Shown one piece after another: positions 27,522 to 35,996 of a DNA stretch of 44,381 bases. The notes below the pieces were generated by a model, which saw nothing but the letters and a program-made list of their open reading frames with translations, ran no database searches and was not told where the DNA came from. The stretch lies in NCBI GenBank assembly GCA_029940215.1, contig JAOZRE010000004.1, positions 1-44,381 on the forward strand, written 5' to 3'. The translations under genes and the position numbers were made by a program. This DNA is from a bacterium. Its GTDB lineage: Bacteria > SAR324 > XYD2-FULL-50-16. The stretch's first letter is position 1. Each line of letters starts with the position of its first letter.

Positions 27522-28745
27522 CTATTCACTGAACCGGCACAAAGCCAGTGACGCATTGGTTCCCCCGAAACCGAAGGAGTTGGATATAACAACATTCAGC
27601 TTCTGCTCCAGGGTTTTGCTGGTGAGATTAAGGTTTTCCGCCTCTTTTCCTGGCGTCTCAAGATTGATGTTGGGAGCGATAAAGTCGTTTTCCATCATGA
27701 TCAGCGAGTAAACAGCCTCGCTAGCTCCTGCCATCCAACACTCGTGACCAGTCATGGATTTTGTTGAACTGACAACAGGCTTTACATCGCCAAACACCCG
27801 GTCAATGGACTCCGCCTCCTTCATATCCCCCACAGGGGTCGAGGTGGCGTGGGCGTTGATATAGTCAACCGCCTTCAGGTCAAGACCCGAGTTCTTCATA
27901 CACAATTCCAGAGCCCTGGCAGGACCCTCAGCATTCGGTACCGAAATGTGGTCGCCGTTAGAGGAAAACCCGTACCCAATAACCTCGCCCAGGATTTTCG
28001 CGTCCCGCTTCTTCGCTGATTCCAAGCTTTCCAGGATCAATGTTGCCCCACCACCACTTGGAATCAGTCCATCCCTGCCGGCATCGAAGGGTCGCGAAGC
28101 CTCCTGTGGTGTGGATTCCCTGGTTGAAAAGGCACTCAACCCGTCAAAACTGGCCATGGCCTCCGCATTGATTTCCTGTGCACCGCCACAGATGATCTGC
28201 TCCTGCATGCCTGACTGAATCAGCAGGTAGGCCATGCCAATTGAGTGAGATCCGCTGGCACAGGCGCCGCTGATGGTGAAACTGACCCCCTTAAGCTTGA
28301 AGATCGTCGCCAGATTCATGGTCACTGTGGAATTCATCGACCGAAAAATCGATGCTGATCCCAGCAACATGGTATCCTGCTTTTCGCGCATCAGATCAGC
28401 AGATTCAATAATCGCTTTAGCGGAACTGTCGTTGCCGTATAAAATACCGACCTCCCCGTCGGCCAGAAAATCCCTGTCCATCCCGGCACCTTCCAGTGCC
28501 TCAACGGTAGCCAGGTATGCGTACTCTCCTTCCTCTGCCAACCGGGCTCTATCCCTGCGATGCAAGATCCCTTTCAGCTGCGGGCGCTCCAGGTTGCCGG
28601 TCAGACCGGAGCGAAATCCCATTTTTTTGCGCACCTCGTCCATGATGATCCCGGATTTCCCTTGGAAAAGGGCGTCCCGGACCTGATCAACGTTCGTCCC
28701 CAGGCATGAATAGATACCGATTCCGGTAATAACAACTCGTTTCAT
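27522..28745 (-). CDS. Beta-ketoacyl-ACP synthase (FabB/FabF family). Start refined to 28745.
   Basis: MKRVVITG.G; catalytic GACASG, NAHATST, TGHECWMAG; SNSFGFGGTN. Confidence 0.93.
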   Translation of the reverse strand: MKRVVITGIGIYSCLGTNVDQVRDALFQGKSGIIMDEVRKKMGFRSGLTGNLERPQLKGILHRRDRARLAEEGEYAYLATVEALEGAGMDRDFLADGEVGILYGNDSSAKAIIESADLMREKQDTMLLGSASIFRSMNSTVTMNLATIFKLKGVSFTISGACASGSHSIGMAYLLIQSGMQEQIICGGAQEINAEAMASFDGLSAFSTRESTPQEASRPFDAGRDGLIPSGGGATLILESLESAKKRDAKILGEVIGYGFSSNGDHISVPNAEGPARALELCMKNSGLDLKAVDYINAHATSTPVGDMKEAESIDRVFGDVKPVVSSTKSMTGHECWMAGASEAVYSLIMMENDFIAPNINLETPGKEAENLNLTSKTLEQKLNVVISNSFGFGGTNASLALCRFSE

Positions 28746-28809
28746 AATGTATTTCGCCTGTCCAAGGGGTCGAACCTGTTTTTTCTGAAAAATTCGTTTC
28801 CTGGAAACA

Positions 28810-29538
28810 TCAAGTGTACAGCCCACCATTTACCGAGATGACCTCGCCCGTAACATAAGAGGCTCCCTCAGAAGCCAGAAAACCAACCACTTCCGCTACC
28901 TCTTCTGGATCTCCAAAACGCTTCAGGGGAATAAGCGCTTTAAAATCCTTTTCAGGCAGGTTTTCCGTCATGGCCGTTTTGATAAGGCCTGGTGCCACCG
29001 CGTTTACAGTAACCTTCCGCTTGCCAACCTCCTGAGCCAGCGCCTTGGTCGCGCCGATGATTCCCGCCTTTGCGGCTGAGTAGTTTACCTGCCCCGGATG
29101 CCCCTTTTGTCCCGACAGCGAGACAATATTGATAATCCGCCCATATTTGTTAGCCAGCATCTCCTTCAGAACCCGCCGGGTCACATAAAAAAAGGCGTTC
29201 AGATTGACATTCATCACGTCGTTCCAGTCCTCATTTTTCATCCAGATCAGCAGCTGGTCGCGATTCAGTCCGGCATTGTTAACCAGAATCTGAATGGAAT
29301 GCTCACTGTGTTCCTCTATCCAGCCACCCAGAACAGTCTCAATGGATTCGGGGTTACCAACATCAAACCGGATCAGTTCACCAGTTCCTTTCTGTCGCTT
29401 GATCTCATCCAGTGTATCGGTGGCGGCCCCGGAATCAGAGTTGTAGTTGATCAGCACGTGAAACCCCATGGCGGCCAATTTAATACTGGTAGCCCTGCCG
29501 ATCCCCTTTGACCCACCTGTTATCAGCGCACAATTCAT
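28810..29538 (-). CDS. fabG: 3-oxoacyl-ACP reductase. Start refined to 29538.
   Basis: TGGSKGIG, NNAG, NYSAAKAG, VAPG.I.T.M, VNGG; adjacent to KS and ACP. Confidence 0.92.
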   Translation of the reverse strand: MNCALITGGSKGIGRATSIKLAAMGFHVLINYNSDSGAATDTLDEIKRQKGTGELIRFDVGNPESIETVLGGWIEEHSEHSIQILVNNAGLNRDQLLIWMKNEDWNDVMNVNLNAFFYVTRRVLKEMLANKYGRIINIVSLSGQKGHPGQVNYSAAKAGIIGATKALAQEVGKRKVTVNAVAPGLIKTAMTENLPEKDFKALIPLKRFGDPEEVAEVVGFLASEGASYVTGEVISVNGGLYT

Positions 29539-29756
29539 AGATTTATTCTTTCCGTGAAGATCTCTTATCGTTCTGTAACCAGCCCGGCCACAAGATTTTT
29601 GACAGTCATTTTGTTCATTAAATATAGATTGATCCGGGAAAACCGTCAATATGGATATCAGAGGGGAATCCTCCTGACGACAGGTTCTGAAACCGACACC
29701 TGCCTGAAAAAAACATGGCTGAGTCTACTCCAAAAAGCAGAAAATAGCCATCAGGT

Positions 29757-29807
29757 ATCATTCCGGCACTGAATGCGCGAGGCTCACAGTGCAGAGCCGG
29801 AATCCAG
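29757..29807 (+). repeat. REP-like hairpin (TCATTCCGGC...GCCGGAATCCAG)
   Basis: ATTCCGGC/GCCGGAAT outer stem and CACTG/CAGTG inner stem. Confidence 0.55.
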
Positions 29808-29846
29808 TAAAAATAGATAAATCGGGAATGCCCATAGCCTTTCAGC

Positions 29847-29875
29847 TTGACGATTTCGGCGACACTTTGTATGGT
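29847..29875 (+). promoter_or_regulatory. Sigma70 promoter of the speE-like gene
   Basis: TTGACG-N17-TATGGT about 40 nt upstream of the ATG. Confidence 0.55.
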
Positions 29876-29914
29876 TATTTTAATAAATCAATAACATAAA
29901 CTAGTATAATATTC

Positions 29915-31606
29915 ATGGCTAAAAGTACCGAAATTCCAGTCGATCCAGGTAGCGCCAAAACACTGGCTTTCGTGCTGGGCCTTTCCATGCTGTTTGTCGG
30001 GGTTTGCGGCATCAGTTATGAGTACACATTCAGTCGCCTGGGATCAGACATACTCGGCGATTCAGTCAAACAGTGGGCGGTAACCATTGGGTTGATGATG
30101 CTGTTTATGGGGATCGGCGCCGACCTTCAAAAGTACCTGCCCGACGAGTACAATGTGGACAACTTCATTTTCCTGGAGGTGCTGCTGGGCCTGCTGGGTG
30201 GAATCGGGCCGACGGTATCGCTTTTCACATTCGGACACTTTCACGATTATTTTGTCCTGGTCCACTACTTCTTCATCTGCACCATTGGGCTGATGATCGG
30301 ACTGGAAATTCCTCTGTTGACAAGGGTTAACCAGAAAACCGTGCCGAGCCTGAAACATAACCTGGGCCTGATCCTGAAGATGGACTATATCGGGTCGTTC
30401 CTGGGCGCCATTATCTGGGTTTTCCTGCTACCTCTTTTTTTCAATGTCCTGGAGACCAGTTTCTTCCTCGGCATCATCAATGTTGGCGTTGCTCTTTTCA
30501 CCTGGATCTGGTTTCATCGCTGGATGAAATACCCGAGGGCTATTCCGCTTTTCGCACTGGTTGTGGCGCTTGTTTTACTTGCCGGGCTGCTAAACGGCAC
30601 CAAAATCACCACCACCGCAGAGCAGATGCTTTACAAGGACACCATCATTTACACCCGTACCACACCCTATCAGCGAATTGTCATTACTCGAAGCCGAAGT
30701 GGAGATCACTACCTCTATATTAACGGTAACCTTCAGTTCTCAAGTATCGATGAGTACATCTATCACGAGTTTCTAGTCCACCCCGTCATGTCTGCAACCA
30801 AAGTACATAAAAAGGTACTGGTTCTGGGCGGTGGAGACGGTCTGGCCGTTCGGGAAATATTGAAGTATCGGGATGTTGAGTCGGTCACGCTGGTGGATAT
30901 CGACCCGGAGATGACCACCCTGGCATCTGAACTGCCGGAGCTGGTAGCGCTAAACAGGGGCAGCCTGCTGAATCGAAAGGTCACCTCTAAGAAGCCGGGG
31001 GGCATTTCACAGGGGAAACTGGCCCCGATCAGCCAGCAGGGTAAGGGATTTTTCAGAAGGCACAAGCAGTTTGACGGGGTTTCCGTCCACGTGGTCAACC
31101 TGGATGCCTACCAGTTTGTGGCGTCGATCTCAGGGATTTTTGATGTGATCATCATCGATTTCCCGGATCCCAATAACCAGTCGTTGTCAAAGCTATACTC
31201 ACGTGAATTTTACACCCTGCTGAAAGATAAACTGGCATTTGACGGGCTGCTGATTCAGCAATCGTCGTCACCCTCAGCTGCCAGTGAGGCCTTTCTGATG
31301 ATTGGCCGCACTCTGTCTGCTGCCGGTTTCACCGGTATTCCTATACACCACACCGTTCCCTCCTTCGGAGACTGGGGCTGGTGGATCGCTGGGCATCAGG
31401 AACGGTCAGGCGAAAAAGGATTGAAAGCGTTGATCAGCCAGGGACGTTCGCCGATTCCTGAAACCCGCTACCTCACCCGGGAGCTTATCAACGGGAGTCT
31501 GCAATTTGGTAAGGGGGTGTTGAAGACAGAGAGGCGTGATATCAACACGATTCTGGACGATCGGATTTTTCAGGCTTATCAGAAGGCCTGGGAGTCGCTT
31601 CAGTAG
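29915..31606 (+). CDS. speE: Membrane-bound polyamine aminopropyltransferase (spermidine synthase-like)
   Basis: N-terminal multi-TM domain; TPYQRI, NG.LQFSS.DEY.YHE.LVHP, LGGGDGL, VDIDP, DFPDP, VPSFG.WG motifs. Confidence 0.88.
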   Translation: MAKSTEIPVDPGSAKTLAFVLGLSMLFVGVCGISYEYTFSRLGSDILGDSVKQWAVTIGLMMLFMGIGADLQKYLPDEYNVDNFIFLEVLLGLLGGIGPTVSLFTFGHFHDYFVLVHYFFICTIGLMIGLEIPLLTRVNQKTVPSLKHNLGLILKMDYIGSFLGAIIWVFLLPLFFNVLETSFFLGIINVGVALFTWIWFHRWMKYPRAIPLFALVVALVLLAGLLNGTKITTTAEQMLYKDTIIYTRTTPYQRIVITRSRSGDHYLYINGNLQFSSIDEYIYHEFLVHPVMSATKVHKKVLVLGGGDGLAVREILKYRDVESVTLVDIDPEMTTLASELPELVALNRGSLLNRKVTSKKPGGISQGKLAPISQQGKGFFRRHKQFDGVSVHVVNLDAYQFVASISGIFDVIIIDFPDPNNQSLSKLYSREFYTLLKDKLAFDGLLIQQSSSPSAASEAFLMIGRTLSAAGFTGIPIHHTVPSFGDWGWWIAGHQERSGEKGLKALISQGRSPIPETRYLTRELINGSLQFGKGVLKTERRDINTILDDRIFQAYQKAWESLQ

Positions 31607-32657
31607 CCAATTGTCCGCAGGCAGCCGAAATTCCCTGCCCTCGAGACACCCGCATGGTTGCCAGAATACCATGATCAAGCAGGTACTGATGAAAGGTCTT
31701 GATCGCTGCCGGATCAGGCGATTTGTAGGGCAGCAGGTCATGTTCGTTATAGGGTATCAGGTTCACTTTTGATTTGATCCCATGCAGCAGGCTGACCAGC
31801 TTACGGGCAGATGCCATGGAATCGGTCACCCCCTTCATCAGAATATACTCAAAGGTCATTCGCTTTCGGGGCTCTTTCGGAAAGCGCTTACAGGTGTCAA
31901 TCAGCTCTTCCAGTGAGTAGCGGCGGCTGACAGGCATCAGCTTCTGGCGGGCCTCCTGGGTCACGCCGTTCAGCGAAATAGCCAGGTTCACCCGGATATC
32001 AGACTCTTCTGCAAATCGCTTGATTCCGGGGACAATGCCGCTGGTGGAAACAGTGATGCGTCTGGCCGAAAAACCAAACCCATGGGGATTCAGGAAGATT
32101 TTCAGCGACTGGATAGTATTGTCATAGTTGTGGAACGGCTCTCCCATGCCCATATAGACAATATTGCGAACCGTCTGGCCCTCGGGCAGAAGGCTTTGGG
32201 CATTGAGGATCTGTTCGACAATCTCTCCCGGTGTCAGATTCCGTTTCAGGCCCATGCTTGCTGTCAGGCAGAACTTACAGCCCATGGCGCATCCCACCTG
32301 GGTGGAGATACAGACCGTATAGTGATCGCCGTGGTTCAACAGAACGCTTTCAATCCGATGACCATCATGCAGTTCCTGGAGCAACTTGATGGTTCCGTCC
32401 GGGGCAACCTGTTTTTCAACGATGGGAATCCGCTCCAGGGAAAACTGGTGAGCCACCTTATTGAGAGCCTTTTTAGAGATATTGGTCATCTCATCCCAAC
32501 CGACAACCTGGTGGAGATAGAGCCACTGAAACAGTTGCACCGCCCGGAAGGGCTTCTCACCATTTGCCTCAGCCCACTCCCTGAGATCCACCTCGGTTTG
32601 ATCGGTTAGCTTTGTCTTCGGCACAACTTCCTGTGCCCCCGCCACATCCGCTTTCAT
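31542..32657 (-). CDS. rlmN: 23S rRNA m2A2503 / tRNA methyltransferase RlmN
   Basis: CISTQVGCAMGCKFC, MGMGEP, ISAACGQL motifs. Confidence 0.96.
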   Translation of the reverse strand: MKADVAGAQEVVPKTKLTDQTEVDLREWAEANGEKPFRAVQLFQWLYLHQVVGWDEMTNISKKALNKVAHQFSLERIPIVEKQVAPDGTIKLLQELHDGHRIESVLLNHGDHYTVCISTQVGCAMGCKFCLTASMGLKRNLTPGEIVEQILNAQSLLPEGQTVRNIVYMGMGEPFHNYDNTIQSLKIFLNPHGFGFSARRITVSTSGIVPGIKRFAEESDIRVNLAISLNGVTQEARQKLMPVSRRYSLEELIDTCKRFPKEPRKRMTFEYILMKGVTDSMASARKLVSLLHGIKSKVNLIPYNEHDLLPYKSPDPAAIKTFHQYLLDHGILATMRVSRGQGISAACGQLATEATPRPSDKPEKSDRPESC

Positions 32658-32660
32658 GGT

Positions 32661-33095
32661 TTAAGCCACTCTTTGAACGATCAGCTCTGCCGCCAGGCGA
32701 TACCCCTGAACACCACAACCGATAATAATTCCAGACGCGATAGCCGAGAGGTAAGAGTGGTGCCGGAAGGATTCCCGAGCGTGAACATTGGAGATATGCA
32801 CCTCGATAAACGGGATCTCTGTTCCTGCTAACGCATCCCGCAATACCACGGAGGTATGTGTCAGACCGCCTGGATTGATGATCAGGTAGTCGGCATCGGC
32901 ATGCTTGTGCAGAAAATCGATCAGCTCCCCTTCATGATTGGACTGAAAGGTGGTCAACCGGCAGCCGTGTGACTGGAGAAAGGTACGCGTCTCGGTTTCG
33001 ATGTCCGATAGCGACTGGCTGCCGTAAACATCAGGCTCCCGCTTTCCCAGCAGGTTCAGGTTCGGTCCATTGACCAGCAATATGTTTTTTTCCAT
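32661..33095 (-). CDS. aroQ: Type II 3-dehydroquinate dehydratase
   Basis: [43 protein letters not shown] motifs. Confidence 0.97.
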   Translation of the reverse strand: MEKNILLVNGPNLNLLGKREPDVYGSQSLSDIETETRTFLQSHGCRLTTFQSNHEGELIDFLHKHADADYLIINPGGLTHTSVVLRDALAGTEIPFIEVHISNVHARESFRHHSYLSAIASGIIIGCGVQGYRLAAELIVQRVA

Positions 33096-33107
33096 CTTGT
33101 TCCTCGT

Positions 33108-33845
33108 TCAGTTTGATGATACGAGATGTTGAATCAGAATCGCCGCCGCTGCACTGACATTCAGGGACTCGACCAGATCGCTTCCGGGAATGCGGATCAG
33201 GCAGTCACAACGCTTACGGGTCAGGTTGCGCAACCCCTGTCCCTCATTGCCCATGACCAATACCATGAGGGGGGTCAGTGGCATTTCGGCAAAAGGAATA
33301 GACTCTTCTTCTCCTGCCGCCCCGGCAACGGAAAAACCTTCTTTTTTCAGTTGCTGCAAGGTTTCGGAGAGGTTTCCCACCTGGATTATCGGAAAGTGTT
33401 CCAGTGCTCCGGCAGACGCTTTGGAAACAGTTGCTGAGAGCGGAGCCGCATGATTCTTTAGCGAGATCAAACCCGTCGCACCCAGAAAAGCGGCAGAGCG
33501 AATCACAGCACCTGTATTCTGGGGGTCTTCCACCTGGTCCAAGGCTACCAGCAGGTGCCGTCCGCTCCGCGGCATCTCTTCCAGAAATTCGTCCAGGTCA
33601 TGCACGGCCAGATCGCCACAGGAAAGAGCCGCCCCCTGATGCATTTTGGTCTCGGCCATGGAGGCCAGTTTTCCAGCATCAATTTTATTAACCTGAATCC
33701 CTTGGGATCGCGCCAGTTTCGCCAGCATGTCCAGGCGAGGAGATCTATTTTTTTCGCTGAGCATGAGTTCGTAACAAACGCGATTACCACTGGTCATCGC
33801 CATCTGGACCGGGTTGATACCGTACAATATATTCTTGTTACCCAT
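33108..33845 (-). CDS. rlmB: 23S rRNA Gm2251 2'-O-methyltransferase (TrmH/SpoU family)
   Basis: HQG, LD.V.DP.N.GA..RSA, KASAGA, G.EG.GL, SLNVS motifs; follows cysS. Confidence 0.93.
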   Translation of the reverse strand: MGNKNILYGINPVQMAMTSGNRVCYELMLSEKNRSPRLDMLAKLARSQGIQVNKIDAGKLASMAETKMHQGAALSCGDLAVHDLDEFLEEMPRSGRHLLVALDQVEDPQNTGAVIRSAAFLGATGLISLKNHAAPLSATVSKASAGALEHFPIIQVGNLSETLQQLKKEGFSVAGAAGEEESIPFAEMPLTPLMVLVMGNEGQGLRNLTRKRCDCLIRIPGSDLVESLNVSAAAAILIQHLVSSN

Positions 33846-33865
33846 TTACCGCTCTCGACTTCGAA

Positions 33866-35287
33866 TTACTTGCGCTGCCAGAATGTTTTTCCATCTCGGT
33901 CCTCCAGTTGTATGGAGGCTTCATTGAGCTGATCCCTTATCTGGTCAGCCATCGCCCAGTCTTTTTCATCCCGGGCCCGGTTCCGTTTTTCTATAAGCTG
34001 ATCGATCTGGTCATCGCTCAGTCCTGACGCTTCTTTTGCAATGCGCGGCGTTTTAAACCACTGTTCTGCTGGCACCTGCAGAATTCCCAGGATGTTGCCC
34101 AACTGGCGCAAGCGGTGATACATTGCGGTCATCTGTGGGTCATCCGCTGGCATGGAGTTCAATGCCTTTGTTAAATCAAACAAAACTGCCATGGCCTGGG
34201 GTGTATTTAGATCATCAGTCATCGCTGCCATAAATCGGTCCCCGTATATCTCAGTATCATCAGATCCCGGCAAATCAGTCTCAACGGCCGGTCGACCGCT
34301 GGCTGACTCGAATTTCTCCAGAGCACCATAAATGCGGTCCAGTCCCTCTGCACTTTTTATCAGGGCCGCCCGGCTGAAGTCCAGTGGTTGCCGATACTGT
34401 GCGGACAGGACGAAGAACCGGATCAGTTCCGGGTGATAGATTTGTACCAGGTCTGCGATGGTGGCGAAATTTCCAAGGGATTTTGACATCTTCTGGTTTT
34501 CGATCTTGATCATTCCGTTGTGCATCCAGTAATTTGCGTATTTGTGACCATTTGCACATTCTGATTGTGCGATCTCATTTTCGTGATGTGGAAAAATCAG
34601 ATCGCTGCCACCAGCATGAATGTCAAATGAGGTGCCCAGGTGATGAGCACTCATGGCAGAACATTCGATATGCCAGCCCGGCCTGCCTGGTCCCCAGGGG
34701 CTTTCCCAGGTCGGCTCGTTGGGTTTGGCCGCTTTCCAGAGCGCAAAATCCAGCGCATCCTCTTTCTCTTCATCGACCTCAACCCGGATACCGGACATCA
34801 ATTCGTCGATTTTCTTCCCACTGAGCTTGCCGTAAGCATCGAACTTTCTGACTCGGAAAAAGACCGAGCCGTTCACCTCGTAAGCAAATCCCTTTTCAAT
34901 CAGTTTTTCCGTTATTTTAATAATATCGCCTATATGATGGGTCGCCCGGGGAGCGATATCCGGCGTTTCGATTCCCAGTGCCGCCATATCGTCGTCGTGG
35001 GACTTGATGTTCTCCTCCGCCAGCTCATCAACCGTGATATTTCTTTCGTTGGCACGATTGATCATCTTGTCATCGATATCGGTGTAGTTTTTGACATAGG
35101 TGACATCATACCCCGCAGCCACAAAAACCCGACGCAGTACATCAAAGTTGATCCCACCCCTGGCATGTCCCAGATGACAATGATCATAAACGGTCACTCC
35201 GCAGTTATAAATTTTCACCTTCCCTGGTTCAAGCGGTTTAAAGACCTCTTTTTTATTGCTGAATGTATTGTAGAGTTTAATTTCCAT
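33866..35287 (-). CDS. cysS: Cysteine-tRNA ligase
   Basis: CG.TVYD..HLGHAR, DFALWK, GRPGWHIECSAM, FPHHENE, KMSKS motifs. Confidence 0.98.
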   Translation of the reverse strand: MEIKLYNTFSNKKEVFKPLEPGKVKIYNCGVTVYDHCHLGHARGGINFDVLRRVFVAAGYDVTYVKNYTDIDDKMINRANERNITVDELAEENIKSHDDDMAALGIETPDIAPRATHHIGDIIKITEKLIEKGFAYEVNGSVFFRVRKFDAYGKLSGKKIDELMSGIRVEVDEEKEDALDFALWKAAKPNEPTWESPWGPGRPGWHIECSAMSAHHLGTSFDIHAGGSDLIFPHHENEIAQSECANGHKYANYWMHNGMIKIENQKMSKSLGNFATIADLVQIYHPELIRFFVLSAQYRQPLDFSRAALIKSAEGLDRIYGALEKFESASGRPAVETDLPGSDDTEIYGDRFMAAMTDDLNTPQAMAVLFDLTKALNSMPADDPQMTAMYHRLRQLGNILGILQVPAEQWFKTPRIAKEASGLSDDQIDQLIEKRNRARDEKDWAMADQIRDQLNEASIQLEDRDGKTFWQRK

Positions 35288-35381
35288 TGTCTTGTGATTC
35301 GGATGATATAAATTATTATTTTTTAAAAAAGTTGTTCACCCCTGAGGTACGAAGCCCATGGAGATGAAATCCCAGCACTGA

Positions 35382-35555
35382 GTGTCTGTTATGAGTCCGG
35401 TGAAATTGCTTGGAGAAGTTTCGTAGATGATCTTGACGACGTTGAGCGGCCGAAACTCCTCCTGTTTGTCGAGTAGCGAGTTTGGGGTTTAAGCGAAATG
35501 CGTCTTAGATCATCTTGAAACGGATCCGTTATTTTACAGGGCTCATAACAGGCAC
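35382..35555 (+). repeat. Structured rod-like palindromic element, copy 2
   Basis: GTGTCTGTTATGAGTCC/GGGCTCATAACAGGCAC outer stem. Shares GATGATCTT, GAGCGGCCGAAA, AGCGAGTTTGGG, AGCGAAATG and TAGATCATCTTGAAA with 144-315. Confidence 0.85.
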
Positions 35556-35839
35556 GGAGTAGCCTCACGGATACTGTCCTCCCCGGCAACCCTGCTGAAT
35601 CAGGACATTCCGTCAGATCAGTCTGATAGCCTTTTATTGTAGATCTTTGACTGCTTATGATCAACCCCATTCTAGCTGCTCTTTCCTGAAATGATGCCCT
35701 CAATTCAATCGGAGCGGGACGAAAGATTCACCAATACCTGAGATGATGGCAGCCTTTTCCACCGGCGGTAACCGCCCTCAATCCCGTATCCATAGCCGGT
35801 CTATTTCTGTCACATTATGCACTGGATCAATTTACCCTT

Positions 35840-35880
35840 TCCGTTTATCATCGATTGTGGACCGTTTATCAACGATTGTG
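35840..35880 (+). promoter_or_regulatory. Putative LytTR-type tandem binding site upstream of the caspase-like gene
   Basis: CCGTTTATCA(T/A)CGATTGTG repeated at 35841 and 35862 (21 bp period). Confidence 0.65.
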
Positions 35881-35996
35881 CACCAATCCGGTGTTTCCCG
35901 GTAGCATAGTCCTGACAACAGTGGCAGAAGCTATCCGTTCATTTTATCGGCACCTTTACTATTTAGACTTTCACCTTGATTCAATCCCCTGGTATC

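Noticed and set aside
11774-29538. Calling the cluster a ladderane or a bona fide aryl polyene/flexirubin pathway
   Set aside because: It lacks the KS/CLF pair, the aromatic starter enzymes and DarAB, and has only one radical SAM enzyme. The product cannot be assigned.
35389-35703. 104 aa minus-strand ORF upstream of cysS, and the idea of a T-box, riboswitch, tmRNA, 6S or RNase P RNA in 35290-35830
   Set aside because: The ORF runs through the palindromic element and has no protein-like motifs. No diagnostic consensus of those RNAs was visible; an Rfam scan is needed to exclude them fully.
35841-35880. Possible CRISPR or iteron array
   Set aside because: Only two units with a 21 bp period, no spacers and no cas or rep genes. 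A LytTR site explains it better.
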